From Laetmonice hystrix (lineage: Eukaryota), in NCBI GenBank assembly GCA_965235115.1, contig OZ249436.1:11906001-11970000 (forward strand): a stretch of DNA of 64,000 bases. Direction: 5' to 3'. Within the stretch, counting starts at the first letter, position 1; the number at the start of each line of letters is the position of its first letter. The notes under the pieces were generated by a model that was not told where the DNA came from, did no database searches, and worked only from the letters and a program-made list of their open reading frames with translations. Position numbers and translations under genes: made by a program. Below are positions 38,953-52,090 of the stretch, in pieces.

Positions 38953-41399
38953 TCCATCATATTACATAATTAGCATAGTAAGATCATTTCAAATAGTGAA
39001 AGAAAAACCTTTGAACGATAAGCATTAAAAGGAAATAAATAATTAGCAAATCTGTCAATTTCAAAAATCCCCTCTGATCATATAAAATTCTTTTTACTTA
39101 ATATCAATCTGTCAAAAATAAAGAAATGTACAACATTATTCAAATTTCAGATAGGATCGATTTTCTGGCATAATCATGACTAAGCATGTGGCGAATACCG
39201 CCGTGTTTAAATGCTGCAGACACCTTAAGGTTTTTCAGCCTCAGAATGGTTCAGATGTGCTGAGATAACTTTTAACATTTCACTTTAATCAAGCTAATTA
39301 GAGAAATTAGTGAATCTTGTTAATGAAGGAAGCAACGGTACCAAGCGTATACATTAGTGCTCAGAAATCTTTCAGAAGTGTGCCTGGCAATAACACTGCT
39401 TTCGATATACTACTTTACGTAATGTGTCAGTCAGCACACCCTTTTGATTCCCTCTTTCGGTCAGTAAAAATCACGTACACAACAAGAGTCAGTTCTCAGA
39501 TCTACGGTTCTGCTATGTTTGAACTGGGTCTGAGCTATTCAAATTACATAATCCGAACAAAATTACATCTGCACATGTGGCAGGTTTACTCAGCAAGCAA
39601 CAATGATCACGGGAAATGAATGTCTGTGTTTACACTTCACCGTTATTTGCATAAATCTCAAGTAAGATGGAAATAAGCCGTGGCGTAACAAGCCAAGGTT
39701 TCGGCAGAAAACCTGATCAAAAGTAAAGAATGCCTCTTCCTCCATCTTCACCTGGTCCCCGCAACTTTTATAATGATACCATAATATAGTGGCTACTCCC
39801 AATCGTAAGAATTATGTGTCTTTAGAAATAAGTTCATGTTCTAAGAAAAATCCAAATTCTGCTGTATTAAGAGCACGAAATACTGCGTTGCTTCATATCC
39901 AGCATGTTGGCTTCATCTGAGGCTGAACAGGCACTATCTTTTTTGCTACCACCACACTGAGCCTCCGGCTTCGATACGATCCGGTCATCCCTCGCCATCA
40001 GTGCACTGTGCTACTGCATTCAGATGGGGATCCCATCTGGGAAATGTTTGCCTAGCAACAGTGGCTTGTGAAACCAATAGCTGCATGAGGCTTTAGGTGA
40101 TGAGTAACTTCGTTACAACGGGCCTGCAGCTTATCGCATCATGCTAATTATGGACCACAAATTCAGAGACTTGGGTCTTGTCTAATCTAAGATACAATAT
40201 GCGGTTGACGCATAAATTAAGAAAATGAACAGTAAAAAGATATGAGCTTCTTTACGGGAACCTGGTGAATCATTGTGATTGTGTAGAGTAGGACTGCAAA
40301 CGGATTCTAGCAAGAATACCAGCAGTACTTTAGTGTCTACAACTTCAAAAATCAGTCTCATATCAGATGAACATTTGTGTTAATTTTTAACACTGCAACA
40401 TATTACTGCTGCGATTTCCTAAACAGAACCTCCTTCACTTCAGGCATGCCACCAATATGCCCTTGAACTTAGTAGAAGCAACTTCTTGAGACATTTACCA
40501 TGACATTTAAGGTTTTACTATTATTAACATGATTCACTTATTATCATGTTCTTTTGAGATGGGCTTCCACTATGTTTTTTCCTCAACAATCAGAGGTCAA
40601 GGCCGCAAAATGTGAGTCAATTTCTTGAAAACTATTTAAAGAAAATCGTCGAAATCATATTGAATCATACTCATCAACAATAGGTGTTCTGCCAACAGTG
40701 GCCACACATGGCCCACAAACTATTTTCATACAATTTGCGAAAGCTGCTATTGGTGGCAGCTATTCAGTTGTGGACAGAACTGAACAGGTTTCATTCAAGA
40801 GTAAATCCACATTGACAACGTAAAACCTGGCACTCGGCTTAATTATCAATGATTAAAAGAAAACGAATTTGAGAATACAGCAACTCCAGTTAACATTTCA
40901 CTGTTGCAGGCATTAGAGATGGTCGTCTTCCACACACACAAACCATCAGTTTCTGTAAAACACAAAATGAGGGCACAGGTGGTGTAGTGTTCTGTGCACA
41001 TCCAACACTGTGGCTCATCTGTATGCAGCCTGCATTTAACACAATCTTGCATATATCTATTATGTCCATGTGGGAAGCCGAGGATTACAATTAAGACCAT
41101 TTCTGCGGCGGTGCCAGGATATGATGACAAGCCCAGCCTGCTGTGCCCATCTCCCACATGGATGAACAATGTCTCCTCCCTAATCCAAGGCTTTTATCAG
41201 GCCATATTAACCTGCCATACTGTTCTTCGCTACGCCAGTAACCAATCAGAGACAATATGAGCCGGTTAGGAGTTTACCCCCACAGGTTTATTGCCCACGT
41301 ATAGTGAATTCAGAAATCAATCGCAATATTGCTTCCTACAACCTATATGTTCTCTAATTCGACACCTTATCAACTCCTTGTGTTGGCCAGTCTAAATCC

Positions 41400-41805
41400 T
41401 CCGTTTTGTTGGTTCAGAAAGAGTTAAATGCCGAGTCGGATACCTCCTTCCTAAAAGCTAGTGACCACAAACACAATAACATAATACAATCTATGCTTTA
41501 TAATGGCCTGAAATTACTTTCTTTTACTAATAATTACTGGCAACTCCTTGTGTTGGCCAGTCTGAATCCTCAAATCAGAACCTGAAGACAGAACTTTACT
41601 ATCTGTTTTCCTATATTCATTGCTAATCTATTTTATTTTAGTGATTTTTACGTGCAGTGTGATCCGTTTTGTTGGTTCAGAAAGAGTTAAATACCGAGTC
41701 GGATACCGCCTTCCTAAAAGCTAGTGACCACAAACACAATAACATAATACAATCTATGCTTCATAATGGCCTGAAATTACTTTCTTTTACTAAGAATTAC
41801 TGGCA
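41400..41805. repeat. Local direct duplication of ~142 bp (offset 263 bp)
   Basis: TCCGTTTTGTTGGTTCAGAAAGAG...AATTACTGGCA at about 41400-41542 and 41663-41805. Confidence 0.85.
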
Positions 41806-42226
41806 TGCAATCTCATCAACAAACATAAATGATGCTTTTACAAACCGTTACACAGGAATAAATAAAATACGCTTTTGTTCACTATGACAATTGATGTCAA
41901 TAAAAGACTGTCAAATGAAAACTAAACACGCAATATCATCTTTTCCTAGACGCAAACACTGCATTGTAAAAATGTTGGCATGGAGGATATTACTACCTCA
42001 AGCTATGTTGTATTATGATCGTTCACGAGTTTCTTCTATACATTGTTTAGTCCCGAAAGAATGGTAATCCCATCACAACATTAAGCCTGGGTTAGGCCTT
42101 CCTTGGACAGCCAGCCCATCGCTTCGTGGCCAATGATATACCCGGTACTCATTTACAAAACAGTGGAAAAAATCAAGAAAGAGAGTGGCACGCAGAATCA
42201 ACGAAACAATGATCATAGTCCTAAAT

Positions 42227-42606
42227 TAGACCCAGTCAAATTCCGTGATCCTTGCCAGGTTTTTTTTTCGTTTTAGTATTTTCTCAGTATAGAGGGTGTC
42301 CCAAAAAATGCACAACCATATCTGCACACCTGTCACATTTGCGAGTCCAGTCTGTTTGCTCTAAGAAGAGCTCGAGCATATTCATGACCCTCCCACCCCA
42401 CTCCTCTAGCGGGTCCAGTCAGGCCCACCCAGGTCCCAGCTACACTGTATACGGTCGACTGGGGAATTACCAGTTAGTAAAAAAACGTTTTCCGTCATTT
42501 TCCGTTTTACACTGGAAATTCCGTTTCAGACAGGAAATTCCGTTTCAAATAGTAAATTCCGCGATTCCGTCCGCGATTCCCTGATCGCAGAAATTGACTG
42601 GCTCTA
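42227..42606. mobile_element. hAT-like MITE with 6-bp TSD, copy 1
   Basis: TIRs TAGACCCAGTCAAATTCCGTGATC / GATCGCAGAAATTGACTGGCTCTA; perfect TSD CTAAAT; near-identical to 63360-63766. Confidence 0.93.
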
Positions 42607-43276
42607 CTAAATGGCTCCTTCCCAGGCACAGAAATGGGAATGCAGTATAAGTACACAATTAGAGACACTTATGAGCCATAAATAATGTCTGTTATTATAA
42701 ATATCTACTGTTTCCAATGCTATTGAAGATGTCTGAACTATATAATTCTAAGGTGGGTCAAATTTTGTTCATGACCGGAGCTGCAAAGCTTCAAGAAAAC
42801 TGACTCAAAACCTATAAAAAAATAGAGCAAACTGTGCAGAGCACAAAATGTCCTGGGACAATTCGTGAACACAAAATGACAAAATTTATAAGTTGTTCAC
42901 AGCATAGTTTTATGCAGCATTCAACGATCAGGGGTGCAAAATTTCAGGTACGGTGTGCTCTCACCCTCTGAACCCTTTGATGTGCTCTCAGGTACAACAT
43001 GAAGCACAGTTTTGATGATCATTTTCTAAGCCCAGGTCAAAAATATGCATTGTTTGTACTTTTCTAAAGAATCGGCCATAGAAATCCAAGCTGCACGACT
43101 CACTACCTAAAACAATGTGGTTGAAAGTGGGCACACCAACTCAACCCCACGAATAAAAATTCCTTTAATTATATTAATATGATAGGCCATGTGGCCGTAT
43201 TGAAGCGAAAAGTTGCTGGGCCATTGACATAGCCGTTTTTACCATGGCGAATTTGTCCTAAGAATAAAATCTAAAG

Positions 43277-45379
43277 AAACAAGCTTGTGAAGCTTATAGC
43301 CCCCACCACGAACTATGGATTCTTGAAAAAACGATGCACGACTTCAATTGATCTTTGAAGGGCAAAGGAAATATTGTCAAATGAAACTTTGTAAACTTAG
43401 TAAAGTTCTATGCAGTTATATGTACAGCTTGATGGCGTTATCCGGCGTAAAGATGCATGTGTCTGCAATAACTATGCAGTTATGTACAGTTTGATAGTGT
43501 TATCCGACATGAAGTGTTGTAGACATGCTTGACCTCGATTGACCTTTAGAGGTCAGTTATGTACAGTTTAATAGCGTTGTCTGGCGTGAACCAACTGAGT
43601 ATAGGGACAAATTATCTGTGGGTCAAGGAACTATGCATACTTTTGGCACGCTTGTTGCCCCTCATGCCTTCTGTCAGCAAGAATGAAATCCAGAAAATGT
43701 TATTGCTTCGAATTTCTTTAAATCCATGATGGCCACCAAGCAGCCATTTTTAATGATATATTTGACCTGTGTCCTCCTTAGACTGTCCCTGGTTATTATG
43801 CAATGTTTCATGCAAGATTAGATGTTGTTATTTTCAACTGGTTTGGAGGTACAGGCCATTAAAATATGCATGACCTTGATTGACCTTTCAAGGTCGCTCA
43901 AGGTCATGGAAAATGACGCCAAATGAAACTTCATATATGACTTCCTATCTATCAATAATAATAACTGTTGCCTTATCTTGCACCGTTTTCGAGATATGAG
44001 TCAAAGCAGTGTTATGGGGGGGGGGAGTAAAATATTAATATGGCCGCCATGTCGCCATATTTCCTCTGATCTAGAAATACATTGGCATATACATTGCCCC
44101 TCATATACACCTTCTTTCCACCAAATTTGAAAGAAATCGGGATCGTTTTGTCTGAGTTATTGTTCCAAATGTGTTTACATCCAAGATGGCCACCACGCGG
44201 CCATTTTGACTGATGTCAAAAATATCTTTGACCTGCCTCATCCGTGGACTGTCCCGGATCATTATGTAATGTTTCATGCAAGATTATGTCGTTATCTCTA
44301 ACTGTTTTGAAGATCCAGGCTATTGCAAATATGCATGACCTTGATTGACCTTTCAAGGTCGCTCAAGGTCATCGAAAATGGCGCCAAATGAAACGTCATA
44401 ATTATATGACTTCCTATCTGTCAATAATAATAACTATTGCCTTATCTTGCACCGTTTTGGAGATATGAGCCAAAGCAGTGTTATAGGGGGGAGGTAAAAA
44501 TATTAATATGGCCGCCATGTCGCCATATTTGCTCTGATCTGGCAATACATTGGCATATACATTGCCCCTCATATACACCTTCTTTCCACCAAATTTGAAA
44601 GAAATCGGGATCGTTTTGTGTGAGTTATTACTCCAAATGTGTTTACATCCAAGATGGCCACCACGCGGCCATTTTGACTGATGTCAAAAATATCTTTGAC
44701 CTGCCTCATCCGTGGACTTTCCCGGATCATTATGTAATGTTTCATGCAAGATTATGTCGTTATCTTTAACTGTTTTGAAGATCCAGGCTATTGCAAATAT
44801 GCATGACCTTGATTGACCTTTCAAGGTCGCTCAAGGTCATCGAAAATGGCGCCAAATGAAACGTCATATATGACTTCCTATCTATCAATAATAGGAACTA
44901 TTGCCTTATCTTGCACCGTTTTGGAGATATAAGCCAAAACAGTGTCATTGTGGGGGTCAAGAAACAAATATGGCCGCCATCTCGCCATTTTGGATCTGAA
45001 TTGAAATTTTATTGTGATGCATATTGGCCCTCATATTGGCCCTCATTATGCCTCATCCCTGCACCATGTTTGAAAGAAATCGTGATTGTTTTGGCTGAGT
45101 TATTGCTCAAAATGTGTTTACACTCAAGATGGCCGCCAAGCGGCCATTTTGAATGATATCAAAAATCTGTTGGACGTGCATCATCCGCAGTTCATCCCTG
45201 ATCCTTGTGTGAAGTTTCAAAGAAATCGACCCATACACTTCTGAGAAATCGCTGTCTACGGACATACGGAGGGACGGACGGACGGACGGACGCACGGACG
45301 GACGGACGGACGCACGGACGGACGGACGGACGCACGGACGGAGGTCGAATTATAAGCCCCCCGTTGTGGGGGCTAATAA
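43277..45379. mobile_element. Helentron-associated (HINE/DINE-like) non-autonomous element with internal ~467-bp tandem array
   Basis: Start AACAAG...TATAGCCCCCA; about 3 core repeats (ATATGCATGACCTTGATTGACCTTTCAAGGTC at ~43864, ~44330, ~44798); (GGAC)n at ~45270-45341; terminal hairpin AGCCCCCCGTTGTGGGGGCT. Classification from architecture only. Confidence 0.75.
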
Positions 45380-45938
45380 GGAACTGCCTAACCTAGGATT
45401 CAAATGGCTTGGGTATCCTGTGAAACTTTTAAAATGTTACCATGTTACAGGCATAACATTACTCATGTTTTCAAAGCAAGTGTAACTAGAATTCTGACAC
45501 ACTGTACAACCTTTGTGCATTCTGAGATCTCAATAGATTTACACTGATTTACACAAGATGACATGTTTCAAGAAATCCATGGAATTCTGTACAAATCTCA
45601 TGTATGGCTGCAGTTCAAGGACTTTAAAACAGCAAATGATAGCCTGAAGGACTTTTACGTTTTTAAAAAAGAGCCAATGTTGAAAGCATATTTTGCATAA
45701 ATTTACCAGTTGGAGAGAATGGCAAAGAACACATGGAACACTACCTAGTGTGACCATTTTTTCATTGGAAAATCGCTTGTGGAAACTGTCCTTTATTTCT
45801 TTCAAGGAGGACTCTGCCTAACATGACTTTCAGTTTCAAGGCAAAAGATTATGTAGTGCTCAGTATAAAACAAGTTCTAAATGTCCAGCTCTCCAACTAA
45901 GGCTAAGCATTATGATCAACAGCAGTCCTCTTACACCG

Positions 45939-46130
45939 CCCCTGTTGCAGGTCTACACTTTTGAAACCATATCAGCTCATGAAGACTGGTTCCAGATCGT
46001 TACTGACCCTGTTGCAGGTCTACCCTTCTGAAACCATATCAGCTCATATTGTTTCTAGATCGTTACTGACCCTGTTGCAGGTCTACACTTTAGAAACCAC
46101 ATATCAGCTCATGTAGTGGTTCTAGATCGT
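45939..46130. repeat. Three degenerate ~65-bp tandem repeats
   Basis: CCCTGTTGCAGGTCTAC...GAAACCATATCAGCTCAT...AGATCGT three times. Confidence 0.85.
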
Positions 46131-46597
46131 AAAAATTATCTTTACCATACCTTTGTGCGGCATGGCGACCTTATTAAGGCATTGCATCCCCCTCGTTTCA
46201 TCCACCCCCCCCCCCCCCAACTCTTCATCTGCGGATTTCATGCTTACCTTGACTCAATATAGCCATTTCGGTCATACATTAGTACTTGTAATTGATGACA
46301 TGCGATAAAATCCATGCTTTTTTGCCTCGATTATGAGAAAAGTACATGGACCTTAATGTTATGTAGTCTAGGTTCCACAGAAACTCTGGTATATATTCAG
46401 TGCATCCTTTCGATTTATTTGTGAATTGATTGCATTAACCTAATTTCGGGATGGAATGCCTTTAAGCTTTGAGTCAGAGTTCAGATGGGGGAACTTCTAC
46501 ATGTGGACATTTTTAGTATCGCTTTATCTGGCGCACTAATACCTCTAGCGATAAAACTACGAGTACCAAGAGAAAAAGAAATATATCTGTTACATAC

Positions 46598-46722
46598 CTC
46601 TATGCTAAAGTATCCTCTGTCTACATAGTCTCCTAGAAAGAGGTAGCGTGTTGATGCTGGTGGACCTCCTACTTCGAATAATTTCATGAGGTCATAGAAC
46701 TGACCGTGAATGTCTCCACACA
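46598..46722 (-). CDS. PPP3CA: Calcineurin A exon 3
   Basis: 125 nt; [42 protein letters not shown] (GDxHG and GDxVDRG PPP motifs). Confidence 0.98.
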
Positions 46723-48335
46723 CTGAAAGTGAACAAATAATGGATTACTATCACTGTAAGATACATGCACACAGGTACCATCCTACTTCACAAGCTTTGG
46801 ACACTGAATATGCTTGCCTTGCACAATTGATGAAGCCAACAATGAAAAATATGCTAGTTTCATGTATTTGGGAACTGCAAGCATCTATTTTTATCAAAAG
46901 TTGGAGTCACTATGTTGGAACCAGTCCCAAAATTTGAGAGTTGGACCTAATAACTTACACTCTACTACCAAGAGTTCAATCCCACAGCTGAACGGATAAA
47001 TGGGTCCCACTGTAGTTTTACGGTTTCAGACTACCAGTACTATTCTGGATCACAAATGAAGCATACCTCGGCTAGCCTTGCTTCAAATTCAAGGACTCTT
47101 TTAGTTATATTGCCTGGACTTAATTGATTCTGGAACACGTCCAAATCATGGTCAAATAGATTTTTCATACTTAACTTCATGAATATAATTTATCTCATTT
47201 AATCGAGTTTTACAAATTATAGATTGAGGCTAAGAAGCTTAACCAACCAATGTCAACTGACCCAAGGTTGTATACTGATAGATCTACATTCACCTATTGC
47301 TTCCGATTATGTATCATATCCTAAATTTATGTTCAAACTTTCAAGATTCATTGAAAATAATCACCATTTTCAGAGGATCGTCAAATGAATATATTTGGGA
47401 AATTCTAATCTTTTCATTAGTTTGAACAGAAAATCTGTGGGGAATTCTCAAAATAAGGTTAAAGAAAACTTCTAAATCTTAGAGAAATAGGTGCCATAGG
47501 GTCTCATGGAAGTAATTTGGCGGGTAACAGGAACAATTCTCTAAAATAGTTCTATGAGTAGGCCTACTCATGGTTGATTATTATTGCCCGACGCAAGTTG
47601 ATTGCATGGTCGGGCAAGTCCAACAGACCAAAGACAATGGCCCAATGTAGTCCACTTGTCATGTGGCAAGTGATCAACTTGAAAACTCCTGCTACTAGAT
47701 AACAGACTGTGAGCCAGTGAGTGGAATGGAGGGTTTACGACCTGTCCACAGTATTTCAGTTATATTCAGGGCAACAGGAACCATTTAATTCAGTCAAGGG
47801 ACCTATTTTACCCCCGAGTCCCAGGGGGCAGGTGATGATGAGGATGAAGTAAGAAAAAAACCTGCCACCAGGAGGCCATGTCAACATTCTTTTTTTGACT
47901 AAAAATGGTTAATCCCATTCCTAACGCTGCCGTCGTGCCCTTGAAAAATCTTATGGTGTTTCTTATGTATCGACGGCAGTTTTTGCCGTGCCCCTGTCAA
48001 CTTCTAATTCGAGGCCTGCGGTCGCGTTGTCTTTTCTAGGCTAGTGGACTCCCACATTTTTTGGCAGACTCCTAACTTGGGAGTCCTGCTAACTCCTAAA
48101 AAATCACAAAGGAAATCTCGACCATATTGATCACTGCCCAACAAAGAAAACCCCTGCGAAGAGTAGGGTTTTGATTGTAGTGGAGTGATTTGCACCTCTC
48201 GCCCTTAAATTTCAATCCTTGTTTGTATATGAGATGAATTTTGAGCCTTTCGTCTGTCACAGCAGAATATAAACATATGATCGGCCATCAATGATTAAGG
48301 TGATGGACCAGAAACTGAACTTAAGCTCATTTGGT

Positions 48336-49312
48336 CTGGGCCCGGTTTATTTGTTTTGTGCTCACCCTGAGCTGAGCTGAGCAAGATTGAGCAAGGTTTT
48401 CTTGCTCACGGTGAGCTCATGCTCACCTGAGCACGTTTTGGGTTTGTTTGTCTTATCTGAGAATGTGCTCACCGTGAGCAAGATTGAGCATGAGCTGAGC
48501 TGAGCACGGATCCGTTACTACGGAACTCTTTTGCATTGGAGAAAGAAGCGTACATATCCGGTTCACTTATGTTTGCCCCAGTGTGCATCGCGCGGCTAAT
48601 TTGCATAACATTTATCAATTGCGCGCAATGAATGCCGGGATTACGCTAGCAGACGACCACAATATAAACAATGGAGGAACAGTGGAGTGTCGAGTGCGAG
48701 ATGGCCCTAGTGCGGCACGTTAAGGAGCGTGAGGAAGATTTGTTTGGGGATGTCGGTGGTTGTGGGGGGGGGGGGGGGGGTTCAAGGACAAAACAATAGT
48801 TCTGTCACAAATAAAACGTCGTTGGAGCCAAAATGATTGCCGCGGGATAGTTTGTAAAAGAAAATTTCGCCGTTGTCTAGCAAGTTGGGCCATGGTAAAA
48901 GTTTGCTCAATTGTGCTCAGCCTTGCTCAATCATGCTCACGTTGCTATGGAAGCGTGTTGTGGCTTAAAACGATGGCAGAAAATATTATGCTATGACATG
49001 ACCTTGTTGATCACGGTCTAGTGACGTTTATTCTGAATAAATCAAAACAAAAATGACATAATTTTAGTGTTCATGTCTTACTGTACCAGGCAGTCACAAT
49101 TTAAAATGGGGAAAACGTTTCAGACCTGTCGATTTTGCCTTTGCTCAATCGTGCTCAGCATATCGTGAGACAAGTAGCCACCTTGCTCAGGTTCAAGATC
49201 AAGCTCACCCCGTGCTCAGCTCAGGGGAAAACAAATAAACCGAATGTGAGCTCAGCTCAGCCTTGCTCAGCTTTGCTCAGCCTTGCTCACCAAACAAATA
49301 AACCGGGCCCAG
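48336..49312. mobile_element. Internally deleted PIF/Harbinger-like element
   Basis: TIRs CTGGGCCCGGTTTATTTGTTT / AAACAAATAAACCGGGCCCAG; dense TGAGC/GCTCA subterminal repeats; inside are convergent remnants of a Myb/SANT-like ORF start (48671, +) and a possible transposase start (48893, -). Confidence 0.8.
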
Positions 49313-49427
49313 GTCAGTCTTGTTACTGACACAGACCAACTGCAGTCATTTGAATGTTCAGTGGATGAGTGGGGTTATCTAACAGCTCCCTTTTCCCTGA
49401 TATGGCATTTTACACAGTGCTACTCAC

Positions 49428-49628
49428 CTGTGACAGGAGCCTCAATGTCAATCATGGTTTTCTCTAGCCGTAACAGGGCAGCACCTTCATTAATAAGTCT
49501 CAGAGCTACATCTTCTGTGACCCGACCTTCAAGAATGAAATGCTGTTTGAGGATATCTGGCCGTGGCTTTCCTTTAGCATCAAACACTTCACTCATGGTA
49601 AGCCGGTGACTCGGCGGAAAGGGTACAC
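49428..49628 (-). CDS. PPP3CA: Calcineurin A exon 2
   Basis: 201 nt; [71 protein letters not shown] canonical. Confidence 0.97.
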
Positions 49629-52041
49629 CTGAAACAAACATAAATAAAAATGTCAAAAACGCAAATACACATGTAACACTTTACACGGGAGTCCTCACAT
49701 AAAATACATTATACCCTTCTTGGTTCACAATTGTTGTCCTTTATTATTCCTCTTTCCCCTCAACCTGTACAATGATAACACCCCTTATAATTATATGTTG
49801 TAGAACAAGTCTAGTTATTGCCTAGCTCAATGCTGAACCTTATCTGGCTACCTCCCCTCTAATTCCTCTTTCCACTCCAGCTGTACTAAGATAGCCTAGG
49901 CTAGCCACTTATGAAAGGACTAAGCCTAAGGTCAACATTTTTTAGATGTCCTGCAGTATTTTTTCTCTCCCCAGTCTGTGCCAAATACTTTTTTTTAGTA
50001 CTACACTGACAGGCTAGTGAGTAAAAAGTTTTACTAGCCCCCCTATCTTTTCACTAGACTCAAAATGGGCTCCTAAACAGTAAAATAAAACACATTCGAT
50101 TCATGGGAAAGAATACATTCAAGGGGGAGAGGGGGTAATCTTCTCACTGACACTGGTAGGGTCCACAAGTCTCCCTTGAAAAAACTTTTTGCCTGCTCCC
50201 AATAGGCGAATTCTGTTGTTTAAAAAACAGTTGAGACCCTCCTCATACTTTTTTGGGGGCCTCGGCTACCTCCTTTTCCGATTGATACGAAAGCTCTAGG
50301 CCAAAGATTTAAAGATGGCGGTACCGACCAGTTGTTTATGTACGTTGTTGGTTGTTGTCGGAGATTTGGAAACCTCCATATGGAAAAGGTAATAAAGCGG
50401 CGATTTTGACTTTCAGACTGGCGGGCTAGTGCAGCCACAAGGCGACTAGCCCCCCACAATATCTACTAGACTAGGGCTAGTGGCTAACATCGCAGACTCT
50501 CCCACGGCGTCATCCTGATCACCTAAACCAATCACCTGCCAATTTTATGAAATTGGTAGCCACAAGTTCACCCCTGGTTTACTATTTCCAAATTACCATT
50601 GATTTGTCAAAATAGACAACTGATATTGAGGCAAACTAGTACACTATTATTTGCTACATATTATCACCATGGTGCTAAACCAGGGTAGGGTCTGGGGTAG
50701 TGCAGTGGTTAGAGTGTGGGATCTTCTCACTTTGGTTTTGAATAAGTTTATTCAAAGTGACAAAGAGAGCATGTAATGTGTACATAAACAAGCGTAGTAG
50801 TGAGTAGTGGTGGTTTTGCGCCGTATTGGCATTCGGGCCATCTTCACGGCGAAAACAGAGAACTTTAAAAGACCATAAACAAGCATAGCACATATGTACT
50901 ACATTTGTATTCGGTAGAGCAATATTTTCAGCTACACTAGGGTAAAAATGCATTGCACAGGTCATAGTTTTTTATCGCAAATTGCGATGCGATATTGAAC
51001 ATCTTGGACTCTTTCAGACAGGATTTTTGGGGCCGCATCAGCAATAAACTTTAATGAAATCCTGGAATGCTGTGCTTTGTGTTTGATACTGGCTGCAGCA
51101 TCGAATTAATTCAACATCATGAGTATGTTTACACTTTATCTAATCACCATCATCATAACAATTATGTTAAAATGCAATTCTATAAAATGAAAACGCGTGT
51201 CACCACTTTTATTGAATGTGTTCAACAGAGTAGGACCCGGTCGGTCAGTTGCCTTCCCCCGGCTCTGACCGACGCGTGAGACAGCCTCACGCCACAGCCA
51301 AGCCAAATCAATGACAGAAATCCCCGCCCCCTCCTTCGGCCAATGACAACTAGATCTCTAGTCAGCCGCTTGAAGCCAATACCAGATACCAAATATAAGC
51401 CGGCGACAGCATAAACACAAAATTCCACTGCTCCTAACAACATATGAATGTATATTTCCGGTATTTTAGATTTACTTGATTCAGAGTTGGGTAATAACCG
51501 TAAAAATTTAAGGTTGAGACGACTGTTTTGCGTCAACTGATGATGTGCACAGTGACACTTGTGACGAGCGACAGTCACATAGTCGAGTCGATCGGAGCAT
51601 GTAGCTTCAGCGAAAAATGGGCATAGGCAACGTGTAAAGTGTGGATATGGGACCTTTTGTTTGACCGATATAGACTCTATTCATTCTGTTGTCCAACTGG
51701 CTTGTGAAAACTGTATCATTCCCGATCTTCTAAGGAAGGTCCAGGACGTAGGCTAAGGCCAAGGCTACGTGAATCCGAATTTAACTCTGCTAGGCAGAGC
51801 CGACATGGGATGTCCCAGTATTTAGCTTCTCAACTGGCCCTGTCAGATCCGCAGGACGGGGCGATAGTTGGACGGCTTTCACAATAGATATCTGTGTAAA
51901 TTAGGTTCCTTAAACCCCTATTCTATCTAGGCACAGAAAAAAAACTGCGCTGGATATCTGCAGTTGTGTTGACAGCTATGCAAAATGGCGGACTATTTTG
52001 AATCCGTAATTACGCTCGTAATGGACCAAATCTATACTTAC

Positions 52042-52090
52042 TTTTAACGACCCTTTCCGTCGTGGAGAGCTTACCATCAGTACTCGCCAT
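52042..52090 (-). CDS. PPP3CA: Calcineurin A exon 1 (start)
   Basis: ATG at 52090; MASTDGKLSTTERVVK then A|gtaagt. The sum of the 13 exons is 1479 nt = 492 aa plus stop. Symbol is for the PPP3C family; not resolved among vertebrate paralogues. Confidence 0.93.

Noticed and set aside
40846..41260. Possible Gypsy integrase fragment or nested gene
   Set aside because: No intact motif or exon structure visible.
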